From Auanema rhodensis (lineage: Eukaryota; Animalia; Nematoda): a stretch of 64,000 nucleotides of DNA. A model generated the notes under the pieces. That model was not told where the DNA came from, did no database searches, and was given only the letters and a program-made list of their open reading frames with translations. The DNA lies in contig OZ059895.1 of NCBI GenBank assembly GCA_964057225.1, positions 18,848,001 to 18,912,000 on the forward strand, read 5' to 3'. A program made the position numbers and the translations under genes. Position 1 is the stretch's first letter, and each line of letters starts with the position of its first letter. Positions 14,601 through 32,546 of the stretch are shown here, piece after piece.

Positions 14601-15132
14601 GTCTCTAACATGTATAGATCCTACCGTCATCATTCATAACTAATGATGTCATGGCACTGAGATTGAAATACAGATTTAACGAACAGAGATTATGGTTCTA
14701 GGCTTTTGCATTCTATAACAAACAAATAAAAATTAATGTTTTTTGAAGTTTTACTGTAATACATATACATCTTATACTATGAATATTCCAGAATATGGAG
14801 TATTGAATGGATGAAAGTAGTTACATACATACATACATGGATGGATATCTATATAGAAAAAACAATCAAAATAGAAATTATTTCAATATGTTCAATGAAT
14901 ATATAAATATAATATTATTAAAATATAAATAAATTAAAAATTATATAGAAAAGAACGAAGGGTTTTCACAACTTAGTAGATGAGATACATATGTAAATGG
15001 AGTAATATTATAGAAAATGAATAAAAATCTGTAAAATTCATCATAATCTGCTTAAAAATGAGAATAGTTTCAAGATAAATAAATAGTTTTAATTATATAA
15101 GATGCTGATCATATCATATAATTAATTATAAC

Positions 15133-15752
15133 TTATTGATGCCAATATGCTTGATGTTGAGAAAGAACATGTTGTTGCTGATGATGATGCTGGTGAGTTT
15201 GATACGAATGGCAAAGATATGCTGAAGGTTGATAAGCCATATAGTTTTGGAAATTTTGATGTCCGTTCGATGAATCAATGCTTGGAATTGAAACATTATC
15301 CGAAGAAGTTGATCGAGACAATGGAGGAGTTGAACTAGATGAACGGTTCTCTTCCTCTTCCAACTCAACAATGCGGGCAGAGTATGAATTACGAACCTGA
15401 ATATAAGCGAAAATAGAAAAAATTATAAGAAATATAACTGTACCTGAATTTCTCTTAAAGCTACAGTAGCAAAATCATCATGAAGACCTCCACTTAGTAC
15501 GGAATTAAGATGCTCGATGTATCGGAGAGCAAGACGTAAGGTTTTAATTTTAGGAAGACGATTACCTTTGGGAACACATGATGGTAATTGACTAAAAACA
15601 ATAAAAATTAAAAATAAATAAATAAATGAAATAATAAATTACTTTTGAAGACAATCAAATGCTCTGTTAATATCTAAATTTCTTCTCTTTTCCTTCTCAG
15701 TTGATCGTTGTCTTTTCTTTTCTTGACCAATCACCTTATTCGACTTAACCAT
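15133..15752 (-). CDS. bHLH transcription factor, paralogue A (group A; Mesp/Sage/Hand-like helix 2), ~173 aa
   Basis: Exons 15752-15643, 15591-15444, 15396-15133. KKRQRSTEKEKRRNLDINRAFDCLQNQLP...RLPKIKTLRLALRYIEHL, followed by a Ser-rich and His/Gln-rich tail ending AYWHQ*. Confidence 0.9.
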
Positions 15753-16674
15753 TATAATCTGAAAAATAGATAATTTTAATAATTTTATTAAAATAGTTAC
15801 TAAACAATGTTAGGTGAGAGAACTATACTAAAATGGACTTGTGAAGTCTGATTGAAACATCAGCTGTTCCGCCTTTTACTGTATCTCCACCCCCCTTAGC
15901 TCCGCCCCTTTCTTAAGCTACAGGCAAACTTTGGCTGTAATCTAGAAAATTCAAGTTTTTGAAGTTTTTTTTCAATGATATATACACATTTAGAATAATT
16001 ATTATATTTATAAAAGGAATATAACTTAGAAAAACTAAGATTACCATTGTTTATGAATCAAAGTTTAAAACAATTTCAGTTTCAAATGATATTGCCATTA
16101 AACTTAGTGTAAAACTTGAAATTGATTGAACTATTCAAAAAATTAATAATTTTTGAATTACATTGATATTATCAATTTTCAAATAATTGAATTCGTTTTT
16201 TGTTAAAGTATTCATGATTGTTCACATCTGTTCGGTACAATGTTAGTATGTGGATGAGTGCTAATAGCAATCCAACTTATCGGCTTTCTTGTGAATAAGA
16301 GCCTATTACACGTGGAAGTAACCATAAACGAATATAAGCCGAAATTGCCTCAAGAAACTTGAAATCAATATACAAGATTGTAAATAAGTTTCGGTTAATG
16401 TTTTGATCTTATTTGAACCTAAACTTGTGTGGATGTTTCTTTAATTTTTGGAATAAAAAGTGAGAATTCAGTGAATGCAACCGACTGGCAGACGAATGTC
16501 AGATCAAAATGAAAATTTAAAAATGATACAGAGAAGTGTGAAGACGTATTGTATTCAAGAGAAATGAAAATGAACCAATTTAGCGGTTGTGATAAAGAAC
16601 AGCAGAAGCCGTAGTCAGCTGTTGATCCTTACGTAACGTAAAGAAGAAAAAACCGTCGCATTTTCACCTTTGTC
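15508..16674 (-). repeat. Left arm of 1167-bp inverted repeat
   Basis: Reverse complement of 17422-18588; the only mismatch I found by eye is 16493/17603. Confidence 0.95.
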
Positions 16675-17421
16675 CTTAATATTGTCGGTTAATCAGAGAA
16701 AAAGTAAACAGAAGGTATAGTGAAATAACTATATAAGATTGAAGTTTTAGTGAAAAGATACCGATTTGATTAATCCGTTCGTTTCTCTTTCGTTTTGATG
16801 ATGACGTCATAACATATACATATCTTAAGTATGAGTTTATTTACTTTATTTGTTAATAATAATAACAATATAATTGGATTACCTTTTAAGTATCTTTTTG
16901 ATAATGTTTGCCAAAACAATTACAATAAAAATTTAAAAATATTGAATATAAATTTTATTATAAAAACTGTACTAGAATTTCAAAGTACTGAAAAATTGAA
17001 GACATATTGTAAATCATATGATTAGATAAATAAATAAATAAATAATTTTAAAAAAAAATATATATATGAAGTTATAAATATAATATTATTTAATATATTA
17101 GATAATTATTTTGTAAAATATATTGTATTACCGTATAATATACATATATGAACATGATTTATGAGTTCACTATTCCTATTACCGCTATGTAGTAATGGTA
17201 CGGTGTAAAACCTACCAGGCGTTAAAGTTAGGTTAATACATGGTCACCAGATGTATACTTCATATATTTATAAGATTCTTTTTCTTTATAAGTAAGTACA
17301 ATAATCTTTAATATAAAAGATTCTTAACATTCAAAAGATTAATCATGTAAGAAAAGAATATTTTCAAGTATGTCACATAGCTCTTTATTTTACGTTAATA
17401 GACTAAACTATTAATTTTTGC

Positions 17422-18588
17422 GACAAAGGTGAAAATGCGACGGTTTTTTCTTCTTTACGTTACGTAAGGATCAACAGCTGACTACGGCTTCTGCTGTTCT
17501 TTATCACAACCGCTAAATTGGTTCATTTTCATTTCTCTTGAATACAATACGTCTTCACACTTCTCTGTATCATTTTTAAATTTTCATTTTGATCTGACAT
17601 TCATCTGCCAGTCGGTTGCATTCACTGAATTCTCACTTTTTATTCCAAAAATTAAAGAAACATCCACACAAGTTTAGGTTCAAATAAGATCAAAACATTA
17701 ACCGAAACTTATTTACAATCTTGTATATTGATTTCAAGTTTCTTGAGGCAATTTCGGCTTATATTCGTTTATGGTTACTTCCACGTGTAATAGGCTCTTA
17801 TTCACAAGAAAGCCGATAAGTTGGATTGCTATTAGCACTCATCCACATACTAACATTGTACCGAACAGATGTGAACAATCATGAATACTTTAACAAAAAA
17901 CGAATTCAATTATTTGAAAATTGATAATATCAATGTAATTCAAAAATTATTAATTTTTTGAATAGTTCAATCAATTTCAAGTTTTACACTAAGTTTAATG
18001 GCAATATCATTTGAAACTGAAATTGTTTTAAACTTTGATTCATAAACAATGGTAATCTTAGTTTTTCTAAGTTATATTCCTTTTATAAATATAATAATTA
18101 TTCTAAATGTGTATATATCATTGAAAAAAAACTTCAAAAACTTGAATTTTCTAGATTACAGCCAAAGTTTGCCTGTAGCTTAAGAAAGGGGCGGAGCTAA
18201 GGGGGGTGGAGATACAGTAAAAGGCGGAACAGCTGATGTTTCAATCAGACTTCACAAGTCCATTTTAGTATAGTTCTCTCACCTAACATTGTTTAGTAAC
18301 TATTTTAATAAAATTATTAAAATTATCTATTTTTCAGATTATAATGGTTAAGTCGAATAAGGTGATTGGTCAAGAAAAGAAAAGACAACGATCAACTGAG
18401 AAGGAAAAGAGAAGAAATTTAGATATTAACAGAGCATTTGATTGTCTTCAAAAGTAATTTATTATTTCATTTATTTATTTATTTTTAATTTTTATTGTTT
18501 TTAGTCAATTACCATCATGTGTTCCCAAAGGTAATCGTCTTCCTAAAATTAAAACCTTACGTCTTGCTCTCCGATACATCGAGCATCT
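17422..18588 (+). repeat. Right arm of 1167-bp inverted repeat
   Basis: Mirror of 15508-16674 (coordinates sum to 34096); unique 747-bp spacer 16675-17421. Confidence 0.95.
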
Positions 18589-18852
18589 GAACTCAATCCT
18601 TAATGGTGATCACATTATCCCTTCATCAATGGAGAATCCTAGACCATTGTCGATAGAAGACTTTGCTTCTGTTGCATTACGAGAAATTCAGGTACCAGCT
18701 GAGCACATAATCAAAGACTATTTTCTTATATTCAGATTCGTAATACTTATACAGCACGTATAGCCGAAGTAGAAGATGAGCAGTCCAGCCCCTCATATGA
18801 CAGCCATGCACTGTTTACAGAGTTTTATCATTCTCATTTTTGGCCACAATAA
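18344..18852 (+). CDS. bHLH transcription factor, paralogue B, ~137 aa
   Basis: Exons 18344-18453, 18505-18691, 18736-18852. Same bHLH as paralogue A, then NSILNGDHIIPSSMENPRPLSIEDFASVALREIQ/IRNTYTARIAEVEDE...HFWPQ*. Confidence 0.9.
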
Positions 18853-19783
18853 TAATTGAATAGATATAATTTTAAAATACTATATACTGGATTAATTTGT
18901 ATATAATGTAGATAATTATTTATTTTTCATCGTTATTCTATTCATTGAAATTTTTTTTATTTGTTGCTCAAAACGTAGGAAAAAATCTTAAAGTTTCAAG
19001 ATAAATATTATATCATATATTAACTCTTATAAATAGTAAATCAAATGTATTATGCCTTGAATAGGTAAACATTTAGACGACGTCTACTGCCACATGACCA
19101 TACTACATAAGCTGACAGCGATGATTAAAAAAAGAAACCTCGAAATCTGATTTGAAGCATGGTCTCTTTACAAGAAAATATACAGAAAAAAAACTTTCCA
19201 TATTATTTCATCTTTGTTTTTTATTCAATAGAGAAACTTAAATAATTAAATGGTGTTTAATAGAATTTTAACAAAGTTCTGAACTTTCTGCTTTGATAAA
19301 TAGATTTCCAAAAACAAAGTTGAGTTCATTGGTCAGTTTATTATTCTAATTCCAAATTTATTCTTATAGTAATAGTATACTTACATATTACTTATGAATA
19401 TAGCTTACATTATAAGTACTTCCTCAAATATTATAAACAAAGCTAAGCACCAGATATCCATAAACCATATATGGTTTTGTGTATAATTTCTAAAATAGAA
19501 CAGATACTTCTACAGTACATTATAATTTTCCTGTTTAGGTTTTGTTTAAACCAAGCAAAATTAGTAAGAGATTTCGCAGCTTACATCAGAAAACCTAGGT
19601 GCACTAATTCATATACAGTATAACTCCACGCGGGACCAATAAACCGAACGCGTCGCTTCCCGCATTTATTGGCATGCGTCCTTACTTTATTTTCGAATGC
19701 TTCAATTTTTTATTCAAGTGTTTGTATTCAAGTTCAGCTTCTAAATAAGTATATTAGTTCTCAACTATTCTTAGATTACTAAA

Positions 19784-21683
19784 ATGTCTGTTCAAAGTCA
19801 TGGAAAAAAGCGGATAGCTTATTATTATGATAGTAAGTTTGTTAAGTTCTTTATTTTTATTTTTCGAAAATGTTTGACACGGTGTGTTTTCTAATTGGAA
19901 AAAATTTAAGGCGATGTGGGTAATTATTACTATGGGCAGGGTCATCCCATGAAGCCTCACCGTATACGCATGACACATAACCTTCTTTTAAATTATGGAC
20001 TATATCGTAAAATGGAAGTTTATGTAAGCATGAAATATAGGAGGAAAATTTAACTTTTTATTCGTAGAGGCCAACACCTGCAACATTTGAGGAAATGACC
20101 AAATATCACTCTGATGATTACATGATGTTTTTGAAAAATATTAGACCCGACAATATTTCTGATTACAATAAGCAAATGCAACGGTTTAATGTCGGGGAGG
20201 TAAGTATTAATTTTTTATTAATTTTGAAATTTTTAAAAATTAGGATTGTCCGGTTTTCGATGGAGTTTTTGAATTTTGTCAGTTGTCGTGTGGAGGATCT
20301 TTAGGTATATAATTATATATATATTCATTGATTAAAATATACTTCAGCCGCTGCTGCTAAACTTAACAGGAAACAAGCTGATATTTGCATAAATTGGATG
20401 GGAGGACTCCATCATGCGAAGAAAAGCGAAGCTAGTGGTTTCTGCTACAGTAACGATATTGTACTGGCTATTCTGGAGTTATTAAAGCATCATGAGGTAC
20501 CTTTGCATTTACCGTTTGATTTTAATTTGTATTATTTAGCGTGTTTTATATGTCGACATTGACATTCATCATGGCGACGGAGTCGAAGAAGCATTCTATA
20601 CAACTGATCGAGTAATGACCGTCTCTTTCCATAAATATGGAGAATACTTCCCCGGAACTGGCGATTTGAAGGTGTGAAATAATAAATGAATATATGTTTA
20701 ATTCCTGTGCTGTAGGATATTGGTGCTGGCCGAGGTAAGCACTACTCCCTAAACTTCCCTCTTCGCGATGGAATAGATGATGATGCGTATGAGGTTCTAG
20801 ATCTTGACATTTTATTTTATTATATTGAAAATTTAGAGAATATTTGCTCCTGTTATGCAGAAGGTAATGGAATCTTTCCAGCCAGCAGCGATAGTACTGC
20901 AATGCGGAGCTGATTCTTTGTCTGGTGATCGTCTAGGCTGCTTTAATTTGACTCTCAAAGGTACGGAAATTTTTGAATAATTTATTTTATTTTTTCTTAG
21001 GTCATGGAAAATGTGTATCCTTCCTTAAAAAATTTGGTGTGCCCGTTATGCTAGTAGGTGGTGGTGGTTATACTATCAGAAATGTTTCAAGATGCTGGAC
21101 ATACGAAACATCGGTAGCTCTTGATACCGAAATTTCAAACGGTATCATTGTTATTTTGTAATCTTTTTTTATTGTTATTTTTAGATCTTCCTTATAACGA
21201 TTATTACGAGTACTTTGGTCCCGATTTTAAACTTCATATATCCTCTTCTAATATGACTAATCAAAATACAAACGATTATCTTGAGAAAACAATGGTTAGG
21301 CTTTATGAAAATCTCCGTGAACTACCTCATGCGCCCTCTGTTCAAATGCAACCCATCCCAGATGATGCTTTACCTTTACCTGACAAGTCTTTACTTGAAG
21401 ATCACACTAACCCTGACGTACGTTTATTTAAGAAATTGAACTTTATTATAGTATTGTATAGGTACGGAACCCATCCGCTATTGATGATCAATCCGTTGAA
21501 CATGACGGCGAGTTCTATGATGGAGGAGGCGATGGAGGCCGTGATAATCAAGTACTTTGAATATAACTTATAAGTTTTAGCTAAACATATTTACAGTGTC
21601 ACAAACGACCGGCTACCAGTCCGCCGCCAGACCAAGACCCTATGAAAAAAACAAAAACGGAGGGCGAAGAAATGCAAGAATAA
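19784..21683 (+). CDS. hda-3: Class I histone deacetylase (HDAC1/2; hda-1/hda-3 type)
   Basis: [76 protein letters not shown]. Symbol chosen from recalled synteny; hda-1 vs hda-3 is not resolved by sequence. Confidence 0.9.
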
Positions 21684-22079
21684 TCTGCATGCTTACAACT
21701 CTACAAACTATTTTTTCCAACTTATGTTCATACATTTCATGAAGCTGTCTAATTCAGGGTGTTCTCTAAGATACTGAGAGCGCAATTTAAAAGTTGTCAT
21801 GAGATGTATGATCATTAATCGGATATGTAACTATAAATAAGTATAATTTATTGATACTCTTTAGAAATATTTTCAATACACTAACAAATACTTGTATAAC
21901 TGATCTTCATAATTACGGTACATCTGTTTCATTTTTAAGTACGTTGTCTGTTTGATAATTTGTTCATAATTCGTATGACTATACCGTTTTTTTCTTCGTT
22001 TATTTTTAAGCTCGAGTGCGTTTAATCGCTTAATATTTATTGATTTCAATTTAACTTAACATTTATTGATTTGTTCAGT

Positions 22080-22670
<591 letters not shown>

Positions 22671-22810
22671 ATTATCAACTCGTTACGTTATGATGATCTT
22701 CATTAATTTCGGACCCATTTATTTATTGTCCACGTTCTATTGTTATACTAAATAAATCTTGTTTCGAAGAGTTTACTGTACAGAAAATGAAATCGACACA
22801 TGCAAAACAG

Positions 22811-23537
22811 TTAACGGCAGTATTTTTGAATATATTCGCGAGCACGGTGATTAAAAGCTTCTTTGTTAGCTGCATATTGCTGAGCAGCCTGCATGTTCAA
22901 AGCGTCGTCAAAATCAATCAAATCGGTAAAAAGAGAAGATAGTCCATGTATAACCTAAAATTTGAAAACAATATCGGATTTTTTTGTGAGTAAAAACCTC
23001 TGTCAAATTTCTAGTCGGCCTCCAACCAAACTGATCAAGAGAGTTCTCTCTGAGAATTGATAAACAGATAGCCCCATCTTCATTAATGTTTGGATGCCAA
23101 ACTCTAGTTAGGCACTTAACAACGGGAGGCTTAAACAATGAAAAAAATAGAGAAACGATTAGAAAGCATTTTGATATACCACATTATTATACTCTGGTGG
23201 TACGGAGATAGAAAATTTGAAAACTCCGCCTCTGAAATTTCAATGTCAAACGATATAAATCAATAACAAACCGATAAATGCCTTCAGGGGGATAAATAGT
23301 TAACAACATTTCATGTTGCTGTGAGGGACTAGGAAAGGTTAATTCACACATTCTTTGGCTTGCAAGATTTCTTTCAAGATCTTTCAATTCTGTAAAAATA
23401 ACAATGAGAAGCTTCCGATTACTTCAAGCATGCGTGGGGATACCTTGTGATAGTAGTTTAGTTCGGATGGCAATACGTGTCTCCATATATTTTTTATTTT
23501 CATCAACACCTTGGATTCGCTTTTGAAGATTCAACAT
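22811..23537 (-). CDS. ubc-12: NEDD8-conjugating E2 enzyme
   Basis: [10 protein letters not shown]...[40 protein letters not shown]; ends QKYCR*. Confidence 0.93.
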
Positions 23538-24208
23538 TTTCCACCAGGGAACAGAAAAACTGCGATCAGAAAAGGCTAAATTAAAAAATGCATCTTCATT
23601 AATTTGCGATGACACCGAAAAAAACCAGGTTATTAACAATTACAATCTATAAAAATTAATGGTTTAACCTCGGTTGTATCAATCCTGTTAAAACAAGTTA
23701 AAAAAAAAGAAATCATTTAACAATTACGGAGAGCTGTCCAATAAAAATTACTTGCTATGCGCCAAAAACAAGATTGGCGCCCGATTTTAAGGCGTATTCC
23801 ACGTTCGTTTTAAATTTGCTTTTTTAAGAAGGAACACTTTGCTACCAATGGGCAAATTTAACTTAGAAATTCATTCTTATCTTTCCTCCTTTGGAAATAC
23901 AATGGTGAAGTAGTCCTCTTTGTAAGGTTAGATTAGCGTTGTGTGGTATTGCTGGCAGTTTTTGGCATTCATAAAAATCGTTAACTCTTCACTGCTTACT
24001 CGGGTTGTTTATCTTAAGTGTTTGGTGTTCTATACTTTTGTTTGTGTATCAAAAATGGAATATCTTTGCTTACCTCCACTATCTGTTATCTTATCAAAAT
24101 TCTTCGCGTACACAATTTCCTGCTGTGCCAAACTGCAAAGCATGCAATAGTTTCTCGTTCTCAAATCATTTGCTCATTCTATTTTATTTTAGACTTCGCT
24201 CCGACAAG

Positions 24209-24600
24209 ATGACCCTCTCTGTAAGCTCTTCCTATTTTTTTTTTCTGACTATTTCTTAATTTTTAGTTTGATGATGCTGCCGTTAAGGTCAAGAACCTTA
24301 AGACTTCTCCTAGCAACGATGAGCTGTTAGAGCTTTATGCTTTCTTCAAGCAGGTATTTCAAAATTCAAATTTTTTTTTCATTCTGGCATAGGGAACAGT
24401 AGGAGACAACACCACCGACAAACCTGGTATGTTCGACTTGAAAGGAAAAGCCAAGTGGAGTGCATGGGATGGAAAAAAGGGTACATATTGTTGTTTTTTG
24501 AATTTACTATTCAATCTCTTAAGGAACCAGCCAAGATGATGCTAAGACTGCCTACATCGCCCTTGTTGAACAGCTTGTAACCAAGTACGGAACTAACTGA
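24209..24600 (+). CDS. acbp-1: Acyl-CoA-binding protein
   Basis: [58 protein letters not shown]...KYGTN*; 4 exons. Confidence 0.95.
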
Positions 24601-24810
24601 ACAATTCCCGATATTCAAAAATAATTGTTTATACGTTTTCCATTATGAAACTAGATTTTTCAAGAATAAAGAATTTTTATATTAACAATCTAAAAACAAA
24701 GCAGGCAACAGTGAAACAAAATAATAAATTAAGGATTTGAATCCCGCTTAAGAGCGTTCAAACTACCGTTCTTCAGAGATAGAAAGACGACACGTATAAA
24801 TATTTTCGAC

Positions 24811-26987
24811 CTATGCACGCTTTTTTAGCGTTGCAACAGTACCTTCAATCATACGTTGAGATAATGACACGATCTGGTAAAACACAGCTAAATAGGTGAG
24901 AATTCCGCCTGCTACAAATAGCTCAAAAATAGCGGGCTTGACCTTCTCAGCTAAAACACGATCAGACACAGATCCCCAAATGGTTACATCTTGAATGGTA
25001 GCATCTTGTGTGTTTGCCTAAATGTTAATGTAAAAGGTGATATCTTCTGTAGAAGGAAATCATACATTGGAATAAGCCTGAGCGGCAGAGAGAATATTGG
25101 CAGCAACAGCTTTGGTGATATCTGCATCCGAGAATGGTCTTGGCCGAGAAGCGAACTAAAGTACATGATATAATTATAGCTAGAACTGTAACATACCAAT
25201 CTAACAAAATGAGCAATACGTTGTTTATCAATTGAATCTTTAGCAAGAATAGATGTATCTACTTTAACTCGAGAATCAGTGACTCCAGCTTCAGGGGTAG
25301 CAATAATAAGTCCGAGAACAGCTTCAGCTATACGTCTGCACAGAAGAACGGAATATAAATAATATCTGCAAAAAAATTCTCATACCTAACATTGGATTCT
25401 AAATGATCAATAGATATTTGGGAAGGCGTATCAAGAAGGGAACGTCTAGAGAAATCGTCGGAGGAAGAAAGGCGAGAAAGAGTAACGGCAGGAAGTCGTT
25501 TGATGTTGAATCTATAAATCAAACACTAAAAAAAAGATATATGAAAATAAACCTTTCATGTTCCCAGCTCAAATGAGGAGCATTCAGGTTGATTTTTTTA
25601 GTGATAAGTTCAACATTCTGTGATGGAGACACAGCTCGAAGGCGTTTCAATATTTGAGTAGCCACTGCTCCCTCAGCAGGCTAAAAATATCGAAATATTT
25701 GAAAACCTATGTGAAAATGATTACCTGTTTAGACGCATGCATGTAGAGAGGTCCAGCCCCACCTACTGATTCAAGACAAATAGCAAGTTGAAGTTTTTCA
25801 TTAGCTAAGGAAGAAAACAAAAATTAGAAAAAAGATTACAAATTTACCGCTAATATTATTAATGAACCCATCAATGAGTGCTCGAGTTCCTTGGTAGTTA
25901 TACTTACCAGCGGCAGTCCAAGCGAATATCTGAATATTTAGCAATATATAAGAAAAAACGAATATTAAAAAAATACCAAGTTATAAGGAGGGCGAGTTGA
26001 TGCATTCTCGTAAAATTTGCTAAATATGGCAAGAAGTTCTAAAAGAGCAACAATACCACTCCCATTTGAATCTGATCCAACACCAGCTCCCTAATGGATT
26101 ATATATTTTTGTGAATAAATCGCTTTTAAAACATACAGGGAACACGGCATGACTATCATAATGAGCAACAAAAGCAATGGTTGGTGCACCAGTTTCCGAA
26201 CTGCGCAACTGTCCAATGATATTTTTACCGGGATTAGTAATAGGATTACCAGTTGGATTACTGGTTGTAGTGAACTAGAAATATACCAAAATAGAATTAC
26301 ACTAGTGCAACAGAATTCGTACCTGGAATGTGTTACCCGAAATGCTATGAAGTAATTGCTGAGTAGCCGTAGCTGTTTTCGCTCCAGAATCTACAACATC
26401 ACTCAAAATACCGAGGGCATCGTCACTAGTTGTAGTAACATAAACAGCTACATCGGTTTTTAAAAGAGCCAATTTTTGCTCCATATCAACGAAAAGCTAA
26501 AAATCAAAATGTTCAGTAGCAACAAAATTTAAATTTTACTGATCGATCATTTGCGGAAAGTGCATCAATATCTGCAGGAATTAAAATGAGAAGTCCGCCA
26601 ACGGTAGCGCTCAATATTTCACTCAAATCTCTAGTAGCTGCGTCACGCCAAGAAACAACAACACACCTATAAAAAACTGAATATAAAAAAAAATCCAAGA
26701 AGAACTCTACTTTCTCAAAGCTGCCGAATCTAAATGAGCAGCTTCATATTGAATTTTTGCAGATTTACTTCCATAAAGGTTTCCATTAATTTCATATTGT
26801 TGCATACGGTGTGCTTTGAATTCAATTTCTACAGCTTCACTGATTTGAGCAGCGCCAGAAGCCTTAAATCATACAGAAAAAAAATAACACTTATGAAGTT
26901 GAATGAACGTACAAAACATAATGACATCAAAATTGTTATGTAAATCAAGTAGAACGGATTCCGTATTGCTTCAAGTACTTCCTCCAT
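24811..26987 (-). CDS. nra-2: Nicalin (ER membrane protein, M28-like fold)
   Basis: MEEVLEAIRNPFYLIY..., EFKAHRMQQYEINGNLYG, APTIAFVAHYDSH, GSDSNGSGIVALLELL, C-terminal TM segment. Confidence 0.9.
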
Positions 26988-27275
26988 CTAAAATAAGTTC
27001 ATTTGCATATTATTTCAAGCTTAATAACCAAAACATTAACAATAATAAGATATTCATTATATATAGTATGGTAATAGTAAAGAACTTGTTGTAGTATGGA
27101 ATTATTCTATTTAAATTCTATAGTTTTCCATGCAAGACCATTTAACAAGAAATCCACACGAGACCACCCTTTAAGGCGGCAAAAATTGGCAAACATTCAA
27201 ATGCGAAGAGCACGTCCTCATTTGTTGTTCTTAAAAAACTATGACCTTGCTATGTGTTAGATTATTTTTTATTAA

Positions 27276-29077
<1,802 letters not shown>

Positions 29078-29281
29078 ATTAATTGATACTGATTTCTTAC
29101 CCTGTGTATTAACGGTTATTACTTGCATCTCATCATTGTATGTTATTGTATTTCGCATCTTTGCTCGGTCTAATTTGAAATTTGATAATGAAAAGTTTTC
29201 TAAGTTTTTTTATCAGATGTTATAAATCATTGAAATACTTAGGAATTAGTTACACTTTTTTTTATAAAAACTAAAGCTTAG

Positions 29282-30160
29282 ATGAATCGTTGTTTATCTA
29301 CTCGGAGTGTTGATCTTCTTAGACAATCTGCAAAAAAGTTATCAGCATCTGCTCACGAAGCATCTTGTACTGTTGAATCTACTAGTACTCATATTAATAT
29401 TTCTCGGTATATGATAGTAATCCTTATCTTAATCACAGTTTCTTTAGTTTGAAGCCTCGTCACAGAGTGATTATCAATGGTGGTGTTCCCCCTGTTGAGT
29501 TTGATTGGGAAAAAAGTCGTGCAGCTGAACGCGAACGTTTTGGACAATATGGCTTAAAAAGCAATGTAGATATAGGAAAATTATGGCCGTCGGTGGAGGT
29601 TTTCTGGAACGGCTGCAGCTTAACGCGTACATCATTGATTTTTAGGAAGTCGAAGAGCAATATGCGCTAGGCTTGTTCCGAGAATATAATGATGTTGTTA
29701 ACGAATTGAAGATGCTGACGACCGAAAAAGAAAAAAAAAGAGTTCAACGGTTTCTAGCATTCTCTTTTTTTTGGTAATGAATGTCAAACTTATAGATTGG
29801 CGGAGCTTGAAAAGAAAGAAGCAAAATATCCTGATCTTTTAGCTAAATATAAAGCCAGCTTAATCAAAGCTGAAAAGGAGAAGGATGAAAAAGAACTAGT
29901 TTTAGAAAGAAGAATAAGGTAATCTCTCAAGTATTTATTTTTAATCCAATAATGATTTAAGAGAAATCCAAGAATACTTTGGTTATTGGATGGATCCAAA
30001 AGATCCTCGTTTTGAGGTTATGCTGCAACAAAAGGAAGCTGAAGAAAAGAAGGTTAGTTTATTCATATATATTCTTTTCTGAGCTTTGTATTCTATTTAG
30101 GCTGAGAAAATGGCTAAGAGGTTAGAATTGCAAAAGAAGAAAATTGCTGAAATTGTTTAG
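29282..30160 (+). CDS. Mitochondrial ribosomal protein mL64 / CRIF1 (GADD45GIP1)-like
   Basis: Basic N-terminal leader; RERFGQYGLKSNVDIGKLWPSVEE; EIQEYFGYWMDPKDPRFEVMLQQKEAEEKK. Confidence 0.85.
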
Positions 30161-30314
30161 TTGTTGCAAAATATATTAGCTGTTGATAGATGAAATTATT
30201 TTTATAAATTTTTTTCACATTCGTTGTTGTTCCTTCATTATCTTGTATATTTCAATTTTCACTTACTTTGATCTGTGTTGATAAAGTTCCATTATTCTTT
30301 TATTTCGTTATAGA

Positions 30315-32459
<2,145 letters not shown>

Positions 32460-32462
32460 AAC

Positions 32463-32480
32463 ATATATATATATATATAT

Positions 32481-32543
<63 letters not shown>
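32463..32543. repeat. Compound (TA)n(GA)n microsatellite
   Basis: Begins a few bases after the ate-1 stop codon. Confidence 0.95.

Positions 32544-32546
<3 letters not shown>

Noticed and set aside
15508-18588. Inverted repeat as transposon TIRs or a foldback element
   Set aside because: The arms end inside intact bHLH coding exons, homology continues beyond them, and there is no transposase or target-site duplication.
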